A DNA stretch of 64,000 nucleotides, taken from the NCBI RefSeq assembly GCF_009914755.1, contig NC_060947.1; one strand, 5' to 3'. Numbering within the stretch: the first letter of the stretch is position 1; each line of letters opens with the position of its first letter. The translations under genes and the position numbers were made by a program. Shown one piece after another: positions 1 to 14,535 of the stretch. Under the pieces are notes generated by a model. The model had not been told where the DNA came from. It saw only the letters and a program-made list of their open reading frames with translations, and searched no databases. This DNA comes from the human T2T-CHM13v2.0 reference genome, Homo sapiens.

Positions 1-1038
1 CCTCATCTGTAAGTTGAGGATAATTCTGTATACTTCATTCAAGTTGATATACACAAAGTGACTTGTCAAGGGGGGCACTCAATAGACGTGAGCTTCCTTC
101 CATCTTCACTTGGGAAAGAAAGAGCAGTGATCTTAACGTACCCCTCACCCTTGGTTTGTAGGTAGGAACATTCTGAAGTTGTTTTTGTAAACTAAGGACT
201 GTATTTTCCAGACTTACGAGTTAAAATTAGCAGAGAGTAGAGAAAAAGTAATATTTGAACTTTTGTGCATTGTGGCTCTTTCAGAATTTGTATTTAAGAT
301 AGTTTACATAAAATTAAAGAGTTGTATTGATATGATGTGGATGACAAAATGAATTTTAGTGAAATAAATGTGCTGCACACGCCAACTCTGACTTTGTTAA
401 CATATCACCTGCAGCAGGTCTGCCTGAACAGGTCTCAATTTTCTTACATAAATAGGGTAGGGCTAAGTTGTTCTCTAAAATTATATGCTAAAAAAATTTA
501 AATGCTTTCATATTTCAAAATGCACCAATCCACTTTTTCCGTTTTAACTAGCACAGTACAGTGAATGCAACACAATATTTAAACAAATTACCATACAGTA
601 ATTTATTTATCCAATAATATAGAAGATAATTGTATATTTTTCTCCCCAGAGACATTAGTCTTACTGTTTATGTCTCGGTCTGTAAGCTCGGTGCACAAGA
701 GGAAACTTGTAATTACAACATTTTTTGATATTTAAATTTGCCCCAATGCTTTAGTGTTATCACTTGAATGAGATGTCACAGTAAAACTATTAAAGCTGTA
801 GGAAGAGTAGAATGGTGATTTGTGGGGTATGTACCACCCTAGAGGGTTTATCAGAATCTTCAGGGTAGAAAAGGACAAAACTAACCTGATTAAACATAAT
901 TTGAAAAAGCATGTTAAATATTTGTTTTTAGAAAAGGTTTAGCCTATTAATTTCAAGATACAAATCATACAAGGTAGAAATGAAAAAACACTGGTGTAAA
1001 AAATGCATTCAATTTGTACTAATCCTGTAATCTGGAAT

Positions 1039-1185
1039 TGTACTGTTCAACATGGTAGCCAATAGCCACTGGTGACTATTAGATAAAATTTAAAAGTTCA
1101 CTTCCACACTAGCCACATTTCAAGTGCTCAACAGCCACATATAGATAGCAGCTACTGTACTAAACAGTGCTGATCCAGAAATTTT
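1039..1185. mobile_element. MER3-like hAT-Charlie DNA transposon relic
   Basis: Diagnostic CTAGCCACATTTCAAGTGCTCAA and GGTAGCCA-TAGCCAC motifs. Confidence 0.75.
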
Positions 1186-3589
1186 TTGTGATTTTAAGTA
1201 AATCTTTATTATTTTACATTATTTTCAGATAGATGCCTCTGTTCCTAAATGTGAAGAAATGAAGTAACATTCTAGGTAGCTGAGATTTTTGCCACAGGTT
1301 TTACAAGATTTCTGGAGTGAAGATTTATCCCAAACCACTGCACTTGAGATGCATTTCAATCTATTAATGTCAAAATGATCTTTTGCTTCAGGCTATCATT
1401 TGACATCTGCTTCTAACACATATCAAATGACTGAACCAAGTTTCCTAGGACAAGCTTTGTGGCCCAAAGAATTAGAGACAAGCTCACAGAAATCTAAATG
1501 ACCAGGTCAGATTTGAAGATGAGATTATCACCATATGTAAGATTATAAAAATCAATTTATATGGTGGACAAAACAAGTTTTTAAGTTATATAAGAGACCA
1601 TGGATATATTAGTTAAGATGGGAAAATTCGATTTAACTTATGGTTGTAATTCTACTATGACAAGAAATCTAAAAGTGCTTTTAGATTTACACCTACGTGT
1701 AGAGTAACAAATATTTAGGAAACTAGCACTACTTTATGAGAACAACAGAAAAGGACTCACAATGTGGAGATGTGACTCCAGGCAGGGCAGTAGGCTAGCT
1801 TTCAATTTAAAGCTGCCTGTTTTTTAGTTCATTCATGTTCTACTTTCTAGCTGACATCTTCAAGAGAGGAAGGTAAATATGCAGGGCAGGTAATGTCAGC
1901 AATTGAGCCATTCTGTTATGGTATGTAAAACATAAAATCACTATTTATTATTTGGTAATATGCCCAGCAAATACCCCTGACCCCAGAGGTATTTGTACAT
2001 GATGAGCAGAGACCAGAAAAAGAGTGAGGATGCTATTTTACATTATTTGGAAACTGTAACTTTTTTATATTACTAATCCTAGCTATCTATTCTCTAGTAA
2101 GTGAAAACAAGAAGCAATTAATTTAAACAGGAAAATGGGAGAGAAAAGCAGATTAACAGTGGCATAAAGTGGCATATAAGAGAATTTTTAAACTACAAAT
2201 ATTAGACATAAGTTACAGAAACAGTCAAGGTACAGGCCATTTAGTAGGGGCAATTAGCTTGATATTAAGTAGAATATGACCATTAATTTTCAGAACAGTG
2301 AATCAAAAGTGTAAATTATTTTTAACTTTTATTTAAATTATTATTAAATTTATATTCACTATTAAGACGGAACATTTTTATACAATTTAATTTAGAAAGA
2401 TTTCAATTCAAAATGAAACAAAACTCTTGACAGTTAAAGAAAACACTTCAATATAGTCAATTAAACATAACAGCTCATTTCCAGGCAATACTGGATCGCG
2501 TTACTGTAGTTATCAGACTTTCCAAAACTGTGTTCTGCAAAGCACTTTGTGTCCACTGAGACTTCAATAGATGGTTTACAAAAAAGGGGTTCTGACATCA
2601 AGTCTCAAATGCCGTGGGCCATATCCATTTTGCAGATTCATTGTATACAACATCTTAAAAGTTCTAAATTATACAGTAAAGACAGGTTAAATCTTATTTA
2701 ATGCCACATTTCCCCAACTTACTTGATTATGCCACACTACCTTATTTTTTGGAGGGGGGTGATTCTTGAGGCATGGATACACCTTTTAACATCATATCTC
2801 CAGAGACTTTTCGGCTTGAAAAATACTATATATACTATTTAGAGTTCTGTAAGAACCAACACCACATTACAGACAAAATCTAAAGGATTACATTTCTAGA
2901 CAGGAAAACCCAGTTACCCTATGGCATTTCGAAATAACTAAAACAAATGTATTTATAGTAATGGGGAAGGAGGTGTGACATATTAATTTCCTTCCCTAAA
3001 AATTAACAGAACGGATTCATCCTAAAATATAAAAAGGTGTGCACATTTTGTGTTGGTATGTTTTAGAAAGAAAGTTAAAATTCTACCTATTGATGCTATA
3101 AACTGACTTTAACCATTTCTTCAGGGACACATTATCTTCAAGAGGTAGACATACAGAATACACTATATTTCATTGATTAAAAGATACAATCAAGTGTAAG
3201 ATACACTATTATTTTATATATTGTTAAGGAAAAACATGCTGCTAATTAAACTATGACATCCCATGGACTGTGAGACATCTTCCAATTTGAGCAATGTTAA
3301 AAATGTGAACAAACTTTCCTTTCTTCCTTCTTCCACATATATTCTTCACAATGTTGTTTTTTCCCTTTAAAGACAATACTGAGGAAGGGATCAATGCAAA
3401 AAGGGTAAGATTAAAGAGATTTCTGTTCCCCTTGCCCTTTCAATTACGTTCAGATATTACCATGACTATTTAAACTGATCAATCAAATAAATCACTTTTA
3501 ATTGCTTTGCTGGATTCTAAAAAATTACCCCAGAGGAAAAACAAAGAACTGAGACAGTTCTTTAAGAGGGATGATTCATTGTAACTATT

Positions 3590-3835
3590 GTTTATTAAAA
3601 ACTTAAACCATGTACTGAACCAAGTACTTTACATATATTATCATTTCATTTAATTCTCACCAAAACTCTATGAGGTAGACATTATTTTCATCCCTATTTT
3701 ACAAATTAGGATGTTGAAGTATAGAGATATTAAATATAACTTGCATAGGGTTACAAAGTTATTAAGTGGCAGAGCCAGGACTCAAACACAGGTCTTTATG
3801 GCTCCAGAGCTTATGTTCTTTAACACTTTGCTATT
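3590..3835 (-). mobile_element. MIR SINE
   Basis: Reverse MIR core (ctattttacaaattagga...aagtggcagagccaggactcaaa...ctccagagc). Confidence 0.75.
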
Positions 3836-3929
3836 AATCCAAATAACCCCACAAAGTCCCTTCTAAGTTTTAAGAATGAGCAAAAACCAAATTACTTAAT
3901 TACTAGTAACTAATGTATTTGCTTAAAAT

Positions 3930-4337
3930 AGGTCACATGACAAAAAGACAAATACTGCATGTTCTTACTCACACGTGGGACTCATAGGTAGGGAGTTTCT
4001 ACTCAGAATGAGAGTTACTAGAGGATAGGACGAGTGTGGGGGTTACAGAGGGGGTGGGGGTGAAGAAAGGTTGGTTAATGGGCACAGTACATACAATTGG
4101 ATAGAAGGAATAAGTTCTAACAATGGATAGCAGAGTAGAGTAGGGTGACTATAGTTAATAACAATGTTTTATATATTTCAGAATAGTTAAAAGAGAGGAT
4201 TTGAAATGTTCCCAACACACAGAAATGATTAATGGATATCCCAAATACCCTGATGTGATCATTACACATTCTATGCATGGAACAAAATATCACATGACCC
4301 CATAAAAATGTACAAATATTATTTATCAATTGAAAAG
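3930..4337 (+). mobile_element. L1MA-type LINE-1 3' end
   Basis: Typical 3'UTR motifs (aaagacaaatactgcatgttc...gtgactatagttaataacaatg...cccataaaaatgtacaaatattat). Confidence 0.8.
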
Positions 4338-6639
4338 TAAACATTTTGGTGTGCCAAAGTTTATCTTTCAACAGTTTGTTTAACCAAAGAGACAACTTCC
4401 TCCTATGTTTCTGTACATTAGGGATTAATAAATATTGGCTTTTAAATTGTACAACTTGATAAACTGTCAAAAAATAAATAGGCCAAATGTATTAAAATAA
4501 TCATAATGTGCTATATGGATACATTTTATCCTGAACCTGTTTTATAAAACACATACACACACAGACACACACACATTTGCGTTTGTTTTGCTAAATCATG
4601 ACAAAACTTAATGATTAAATATGGTAGTTTTTACTGAACGATTAAATAGGGTAGTTTTTCTTTGTTTTAATGCTTTTTGGTGTTTAACTGATAAACTAGA
4701 ATATCTGAGATCTGATATCTCCAGGTTAATGATACAGGTCACTGTATTAATTCCAAAAGAACACACTGATGGGAGTGGGGTGGAAGGAAGACATTGAATG
4801 CTAGGTATTACAATTTAGATACTTGTTTTTTTCTATTTATGTGAATTGGGGAACGGGATGTATAATATATGTACTTGCACAGCTGCATTTCAATGCTTTA
4901 AAATGTGTTATCCACCAAAGCACATAAACAACTGAGCACTATCACACGCAGGCATTACCAGTGAGACCACCACCATGTCAGTGTGTCATTCATTATAATC
5001 TGAACCGTTGGGTCTAAAGCACCCATTCTGCACTGGGTCAACCAGGCAAGTGTGACCTTACCCATCATTCACAGCCTGGCAGATCACATGTCCCTGAGCA
5101 TTGAACTGTAGAGCAAATCTTGTTAATTATCACAATGGTATGAATTTCTTAGTAATAAAAATTTTTAAAAACTTTAGGACAATTGTTCTGCAACTCAGAC
5201 TTCTAGATAAGTGATCTGTATTTTTGGTCATTCTATAATTTAGCAAATGTCAAGTCCTTGGTCAGGAGTACACAGTCCAATTATGCCACCTGTCTTATTA
5301 AAAATAAGATATACTTATTGTGGTTTCCAGAAATGTATACTAAAGAGAAGACAAAGTCTGCCTATATTTGCTCCTGCAATTAGATAAAAGTTTTATTAAT
5401 AAAATTTAAATGCATCCAGCAAGTTTCACATTTTGAATCTACCCCATTACTACAGGATCAAGCTGCCAAAATAAAGCAAAGTTTTCTAGATTTTACAAAA
5501 CTGACATCCTCTATCATAATCACTGAAAACAATGAAGTGTTCAGTAATGGGTCACAGTTACTTGACAGTTGACATGTAACAATACCTGTCCTCTCCTCAG
5601 ATCTTCACTTAGGGGAAAGAAAAAAACCTGAAAGGTGGTAAAAATAAAACAGGAAAAGGAAAAGAAACAATAAAACATTTTTTTTCAAAATCAATGATTA
5701 TACTTTAATAGAGCATTTTCCCTATAGATAAAATAAGAAACCTATATAATATTGATATAGTAGAAATACTATAAAATCTATGTACTATACTATAGAATAC
5801 TACATAATCTTTGAGGTTAAAAATGGCTGCACATTCACTAAACATGATCTCCCACACAAAGGCCTCATTTTCTATAATAAAATACTTATATAGTTGATTT
5901 TTTAAATATTTTTCAGTGCATCATGGGTACCTGTTATTTAAAGGAAGTCGAGGTAGCTATTTTCATACAACACATTGTTTAATACACATTGTATACAACA
6001 CATTATATTGTGGCTATTTTATATAACACATTTCTATAAAACAAAAATAACCTCCATAATTTTATCATTTTGAAAACTTCATATTTAGATTTACTATCAT
6101 TTATACCTACTCTATTGCAGTGGAGAAAAAAGTATCACTCTAGGTCAGGCTTATGATCCACTAAATGCTGTCTCTGACAGCACTGGCAAAGAATTTGTAC
6201 AACAGAAGAGCCATAATTCCTACCTATCCATCCTCTAAACAGTCAAATATTCAAAAGCATATTAGCATCTTTAAGTAACTCACTAAAGAGTTCACCTAGA
6301 CCAGTTAGGAAGCTAGTTTGTTTTTTATCTTGTACCAACCCTTACTTTGCTTACATAGTACTTCCTTTATTATCCTAAATTTGCTTCTTTAAACATTTGG
6401 CCTAGTTCTAGCCTATCATGTTCTGACCCACGTTTGAGTTTAACCACAAGGGTTTTTTTGTTTTGAACACCATGAGATTCGTGTGAGGTCTTAAAGCAGG
6501 AAGGCCAGTGTAAAGGAACTGAAGAAACTGCCTGTGTTTTTACTGAGGCACTGAGGTCTTTTTAAATTGTTCATATTTTAATGAGATTAAAATGATAAAA
6601 AACAGATAAGATTCATAATCATCCTATTCCTGACTTTCA

Positions 6640-6770
6640 TGATTCATTCAGCAGATATTTATTAAGTCCACAATATGTCAGGGCCAGGCATTGTGCTGAA
6701 TGCTGAGGATTCAGAGAGGGGGGGAAAAATGTCTGCTTTCAAGAATTCACAGTGTACTAGGGATGAGACC
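6640..6770 (-). mobile_element. L2 3' end fragment
   Basis: attcattcagcagatatttattaag...ccaggcattgtgct motif. Confidence 0.6.
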
Positions 6771-7339
6771 ATAAATGTAAACTCCTACACAGACCAATCC
6801 TGAAATCTTTTAACCTGGAGAGAAATATTTTGATGTATTCACTCAAGTAAATGACTCTAAAAAAAACTATGTTACTCTGGTAAAATACAATTATCTGATA
6901 GGAACCTACTGGGGGAGGAAACGGTATAATAGTGAAAATATTAGACCTCTGAGTGGAACTTTTCAACCTTTCCCTCACTGTCTTCAATATTTCCAAATTG
7001 TATCAGAAGTAATTTACTTGAAATAGCTGAACAAGCAAAGGAAATTAAATATCTAAAGGCAATTTGTTAGAATTTAATTTTAATAAATCTTGGCAACACT
7101 GGCTCTGTTTGACATACTTTATGCCAGGATAGCAAGAAAATTCTTTGAAAACAGCAAATTGTGGAATCCTATCTGTCAAGTTCTGGAAAACATGATAGTA
7201 ACTGAAATAACAAGGCTTTACCAAATGAGACCTCTTATAATACTCTATTTGTTTCTGGAAAATAGATGACCTCTAACTACTGGCTTATTTATACCCCGAA
7301 TTTTTCCACAAAAGATTTGGAACAGCTACCCTGATATAA

Positions 7340-7552
7340 AACGAAGCACATGAATTGTATCCACCTGGCTTTGAATTATGGCTCTGCCATTTACTATTTA
7401 TCATCTTTGTACCTTTTAAATTCTGAGATTTGGTTTCCTAATCTATAACAATGGGGACCATAATCCTACCCTGCTGGGTCACAGGAAGGATAAAATGAAA
7501 TAGTAATGTAGCACAGTACCTGGCATACAGTTGGTGCTAAATAAATATGTTT
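7340..7552 (+). mobile_element. MIR SINE
   Basis: ggctctgccatttacta...gtttcctaatctataacaatgggga...gcacagtacctggcatacag. Confidence 0.7.
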
Positions 7553-9364
7553 TGTCCTTCCTTATCCAAATGCATTCCAGATAGAAAAAGGATAAGGTGG
7601 AATTCTAAACGATATTGTTTTCCTATCACACTGATACATGCCAAGCAGAAATGTGGACTGATCTTGAGTTGCAATTGTTAATGTTTGTATGTAAAAGTCA
7701 GGCTCAAAGCAAATTTAATTTCTTTCCACAAGTTCAGTACTTTGCGAACATTTTATTAACCTTTTAGCTATATTATTTAATGCAAAAAATTTTCTGGGGA
7801 AAAATATGACGAGCTCTTGCATACTGTTTTTCACACTACCCATCTAAAGGATTATTAAACATCATAAATTTGGCTTTTTAATAAAATATTTATAGTATTA
7901 GTCTGGTTAACAATTTTAAATAAAGTTCTTGTGATTCTGCCAGTCTTAAAAACATGATTTCCTTTCTTTCTTTCCTTTTCTTTCAACATATATCAATGTC
8001 TTTTCCATTGAAGAGCAGCATTTAGTTCAGGTTTTACAAGTATGATCCAAGTCGCAAAATACTAAGCACCAATCATAAGCACTATTACAACTCTGCGTGC
8101 GTTAAGGAGAACAAGCAAAATTGTTATACAGCAGCGGAGGTGACTGGGGGAAAAAGTGAAAAGCGATTTGAACTGATCCCCCGCCCTCTCCATTATACCG
8201 GAGAATGCAAGTGTCCCGCATCTCAAGATTAAACTGAGCCTCGGTTTTACTGACGTAACCAGTAACCCTATCTACTTCTCACACTGCGGAGGCCGGCAGG
8301 GCAGCGGCTGCCGCCAAGCACACCACTCATCAGAGCCTGCCCCGTTCCACCCCCGCGTTTCAGTCATGCTTTCCAGAAATGGGGTCACTCACTCAGTAAC
8401 TATTACACACACGCAGCCTATCATCCTGTAATCCCCTAAAGTCCGCTGCGGGGAGAGAAGGCAGCAAAAAGTCAAGAAGGAAGAATCACAGACGCGCCAC
8501 CATCAGGAATTGATTTTCCACTCCGGAGAGGAGCGGTGATACCTTGGAACGGGTCTTGTCTGGATTATTTTCGCAGACCCCGAGTTGTTCTGGGATAGGG
8601 GCGGTTCAGGAAAGCTCGGTGTAGTGATGCGCCCGGGGAAATTCTGTTTTGCCCTGTTTGGGTATATTGTTTGGGTTTTGGGCACTAGGATGGGTGACTC
8701 AGGGACGGTCACCAGATCCCGGGCGAGGAAAACCAGAAAGCCTTTTACGGCGGCCGCTGATCTCCTTGAATATCACCCTCTCACCTCCATGGACAGGAAA
8801 CTCAAGTTAAACTCACAGGGACGGGGGTCTAGCTCTGCGACCTCAGAAACGGAGGGGGTAGGGGACCTTAGGCTTCCGCTTTCTTCTTTGCAGCAGCAGA
8901 AACCGCTGCGGCAGACGAGGGGGAGGCAAAACCCTGCACCCCCTACCCGAAACCCCCACAGGTCGCCGCCGCCCGTGCCCCGCGCGCCGGTCTCCCCGCA
9001 GCAGCCCCTCCCTCGGCTGGACTCGAGAGTCCCTGCTCCCCGGTGAACCCGATCCCTACCCCTCCCTCATCTCCCAAAGTCGCCAAGGTCCGGGAAAGCC
9101 CCCGACCCGGCTGGGCCAAACTTCCCAACTCCCCGCCGGCCCCCGCTCCGCCTCCCGCTTCCCCCACGCAAAGTTGATTAAAATTGGCTTCTTGCAAAGC
9201 CCCAGCGCCCACTCCAAACCCCACGCGCCACCACACTGGCAGCCCCCCGAGCGAGGGAAGGAGGTGAGGGTGAGGATGGAAGGAACAGACAGACCGGCCA
9301 ATAGACCCACCCCAACAACCCAAACCAAAACCCTGAGCCCGGGGGAAAGACGCGAGCGGGATCA

Positions 9365-9922
<558 letters not shown>

Positions 9923-12244
9923 TAAGCGATACCTGTCTCTCAAAGCGAGGCTCGGCCGCCGCCACCACCGCCGCGCGCACCCAGGGGCTGGGCTAGTGGA
10001 AGACACGCCCCCGGCCGCTGCGCTCCGCTCCTCCCTCTTCCCACCCCCCTCCTTCTGCGCCCCAACCTCAGCTTCTGGGCCTCGCCTACTTTCAGGAAGG
10101 GCGAGCCCAACAGATCTGGGGGCGTCGGCGGGAGGCGGGGGAAAGAAATGGGAAAGGCAGGAGGGGCGAAGGCTGGGAGCCTTTCACCGCCAAGGGTCCA
10201 AGGAGGTCGGAGGCTCCTTGGGAATGAGGGAGAACAGTGGTCCCCGCCCAGCTGGGGAGGGAGGTGGGCAAAGTACCGGGGGCGCAGTCCCGAGCCAAGG
10301 ACCCGGGGAGGGGTGCGGAGTGTCTTTTCGGCTTGTCTCCTCCGGGGGTGCGTGCGTGCGGACGCGCCTAGTCTCTGGGCGCATCCCGTAATGGCCCAAG
10401 ACCCTCCCTCTTCAGGGTCACATGCTGGGAAATCACCTGCCCCCCATCTCCCCCGACGGAGGCAAGGGAGGCTTCGTGCCTAGGAGCCTCCTGGGGGCTC
10501 GGCTCCCGGTTTGATTCAAGTCTTTTCAAGTTGACGCTCTTTTGTTAAATTGTGGCTATTTGGGATTAATTCCTCTTGTATTAGTCGCTTCCCCCGCACC
10601 GCCCCCAGCCCAAATTCTCCTCCCCAAGTGCGCAGAGCTCTCGGCCTTCAGCTGCGACCCTGGAACCGCTGCCCCCCGCCCCACGTCTGCTACCTAAATC
10701 TTCAAGAGGGGAAAACAGGGAGGTTCCTTAAGGCTGTCCCTCTCGGTAGAGGTTGGAGAATTATTTAAAAATATCTTGTAGGCAGGAGCGCGGGGTTCCT
10801 GCTCCTCTGTTGACTTTAAATAAGAGATTAGATTTAAAAATCAGGCTGGCCGTGGGCGGAGGAGGAGGAGGAGGGGGACAGAGGGAGGGGAGGGGTTCTG
10901 ACTCCTCCTCCTGCCCAAGATGGGGAAGCCCTGGATTAAGGAAACCCAATGCCCCGACGGCGACGGAGCCCCACAGGACGGCGAGAGCTTTGGGGGGAAG
11001 GCCTGGGCGTCCGGGGTGCGTCCCAAGAGGACTCGACCCTGTGTTCACTGCGCCAGGAGCCGCTGCGCGCTAAGTGCGCCCGGGCAGAAATGTGTAAAAG
11101 TCGCAGGGCTGAGTGGAAAGCTACTGCAGCCCCTGGCTAGTCGCCCAGCGAGGGGAAGAGAAAAAGCAAAGGGAGATCTCCGAGCCGGCCTGTCCCTTCA
11201 AACCCTCAGGCCGTGGCCCAGGCATCCCGGTCTTCCCACGCCCAGCGACCACGGCGCGTCCGCTGCTGCGCTCCCAGCGCACGCCTATTAACAGCTTCCT
11301 TTCATCCTCCCGGGACCCAGACACCTGGAGAACCCTCGCCTGCCTCCCTAAGCAGGTGTGAGGATGAGATTAGAGCCCCAAACCCAGCCGGCCAGGTCTG
11401 CGCGGGCGGTGCGAGGTTTCTCGCTGGGCCTGCGAGAGGCAGGTGTTGGGCTCTTTCTGCTGCCTTCGCCAGCGCGCCCCTTGGCACAGGCTCGAGGCCG
11501 GGGAACCTCGTGGCCATTTAGGGAGGCTCCAACTGTTTAGGGAGCCTGAGAAGGCGGCAGGAAGTCCTCGTTGCGCGCCTTCTCCCGAAGCTTTGGACTC
11601 AGGGGGACCGCTCAGGTTGGACAACATCTGGGCAGACTCAACGTGGTCTGGGGAAGAAGGCGAATGGGGCCACTTGGCTCTTGCCTTTGTCACTTCCCTT
11701 CACATGCTATATTCAGGTGTTGCAAATCCAACCTGGGCCCAAACTCAGCTAATTTGGCAGCACCTTCTCTGTGTAATTCCCGACGGTAAAACGTGCTTGC
11801 AGAAGTTTGGAGGATAAGGAGTTGTGTACTATTTTGCATTTATGTACAAAATGCTTTATTCATTTACATTGCAGAGTCACATGACCACTCCTTATAGCGA
11901 AAAGAAGTTCGTTAATTCGGTTGGCTTAAAGTAAATTAGCTCCCCCTACCCTTTGATCAATTATTTCAGTTAACATTCTTGCATTAGTAAAAACATACAT
12001 AGTTGAAGAGAGACCGTTATGTGGCTAACACTGTTCAGTGCTAATTACCCCCACGCAAAGAATGAATATTTTAAAATAAAGCAAATTGTATGCCATTTTC
12101 AGTATCAACTTTTATTCATCTCTGTTAACCTTGAGAACCAGAGGAATAACTTTTAAAACAGAGTTACCTGATCTGTAAAAGTAATGTGAGCGGTGGTCAC
12201 GTTTCAGTGAATTAAGCATTACATGAACTGTTAATAATGGGTTA

Positions 12245-12568
<324 letters not shown>

Positions 12569-12936
12569 CTACCACAGATGTCTTGCACAGAGGATCAATT
12601 TGATAAGTATTTATGAATTGATTGAATTTATTTAGAAGAACATTATTCTTCCTTTTGCCCCAAAAGCAAAGAAAATGATTTTTTGTTGTTAACAATAAAC
12701 TTTTTCTCTTTTATTTCTTCTATTAAATCCAAGAGCAGTGCAACCACTCTCTTTGGTTAGGAGAATTTGGAAAAATCAAATGAGGCTGGAGGATTTTTCT
12801 TGAAGGTGGTAGCAAAAAGAGTTACTTGAACATAGAAGCTGATATTGCCCTAAGCAGGATTACTTTTCCCCTCTGTTTAACAAAGGAAAACTCTAAGTGT
12901 AGCTGTTCAAAGAATAGCTGCCTCAGATCGCCAGAC

Positions 12937-13235
12937 CTGCATGGGTTAATACGGTGGTTAGTAGCCACACATGGCTACTGAGCACTTCAAATGAGGTTGG
13001 CTGGTCAAAGTTGAGATGTGCTGTAAATGTGAAGTTCTTTCTAGATTTCAGACTTAGTAAAAAAAAAAAAAAAAGAATATAAAGTATCTCATTAATAATT
13101 TTTTATATTCACAACATGTTGAAATGATATTTTTGATATATTGGGTTAAATAAAATATTTCATTAAAATTAATTTCACCTTTTAAAAACTTTTTAATGTG
13201 GCTACTATAAATGTATACTTACATATGTGGCTTTC
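12937..13235. mobile_element. MER33-like hAT-Charlie DNA transposon relic
   Basis: tagccacacatggctactgagcactt...ttgagatgtgctgtaa...ttgggttaaataaaata...aatttcacct...aatgtggctacta. Confidence 0.8.
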
Positions 13236-14279
13236 GAGACTTTTATGTATTCCTACAAGTCATATAATGTTAAGTGATATCTTCAGATTCCAATGTCTTT
13301 TTGGCTTCCTTAGTGCAGAATCAGCAGAAAGGGCTGATTCAGTTACCTACTGATCCCCACCCTCCCCAACAAATCTCCCAGTCAGAACCAAAATATTGGA
13401 AAGTTCTTACTTGAAACTACAGTAGAGCGAAACAGCAAACCTCAGTAGAAAATCTGAAGGAGGTTTCCAAGAAATCATTCCTAATGTATGACGGGACAAC
13501 TAGATTTAACCTCCTCTGCCCCCAACAATTTCCTGCTATAATTATAACCTTTGTATACAAGTTTAAATGGGCATTTATTTAACAAAATAACATTTGTTCA
13601 AAAAATAGAGTTACATCAGTCTGGAAAAGTTGCAAGATGACTAACTATGGCTCATGGCACAATCTCTACCTCATATACATCCAAAGTTCACAGCTCTGTA
13701 CATATAGATTTGTCACTACTGTAGAAAATCCCAAAAGTGTAATCATCATCACCTCTAGGAAAAAGTTTTTTCCTTTCATCTGGATTATCCAAATTATATT
13801 ATCCAAAGCATATTTATTTCGATTCATATTTATCCAAAGCCTATTTATTTTTTCACAAAAAAAGGAAAGGTAATAGCCAGAGACTATTTAACTTTCTTTT
13901 CAGAGAGAAAGAAAGGTAAGATTTAGGCTCAAATCTTATCTCATATAAGACAATAGTTTAACAAAATACATGGTTACATATGTTTCATGTGTGTGAATTT
14001 TGTTTTTTCCTTGAAATGTCTCCAATAAAAATTATTAAGGCTATTTTCCTGATTGACACAGATCTTAAAGAACAGGCATTTCTACATCAATTTGAACATT
14101 TTATTTGAGAAAATTCAAATTTTGGAAAATGTAAGGTTCTAGGTTCCCTTCCAGATACAAAGTTCAAAGATTTTAGAGTTGCATATGATGAAAGACAGTA
14201 AAATCTATAAAGGTGAAGACAATCTATAATACAAATACATGAAATGTTTAACATTCTTTCCAGTTAGGCAGGATGGGGT

Positions 14280-14535
14280 CATGATAAGAGCAGAGACAGG
14301 CCTGTGTCCAAACTTCAGGATTCTTTATCTTAGCTTCAGCTTTGCTTAGACCGGCATGTAGTTGCTGTTCAACAAATATTTGCAGAATAAACTTTGTTTT
14401 TCTCATCTGAAAATAGGAATAATAATACTTGCCTTGTATGATTGGTGGGAAGATTAAATGGAGGTAATGTCTGTAAAGCATTAAGCATGGTGCCTGCCAC
14501 ATAGGAAACATTCAATAAATGGAGGTATTGTTATC
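14280..14535 (+). mobile_element. MIR SINE
   Basis: tctcatctgaaaataggaataataa...gattaaatg...gtgcctgccacatagg...tcaataaat. Confidence 0.7.

Noticed and set aside
5062-5105. Minus-strand 44-nt exon candidate (ctacag|...TGG|GTAAGG)
   Set aside because: Short polypyrimidine tract; such site pairs arise often by chance in long introns
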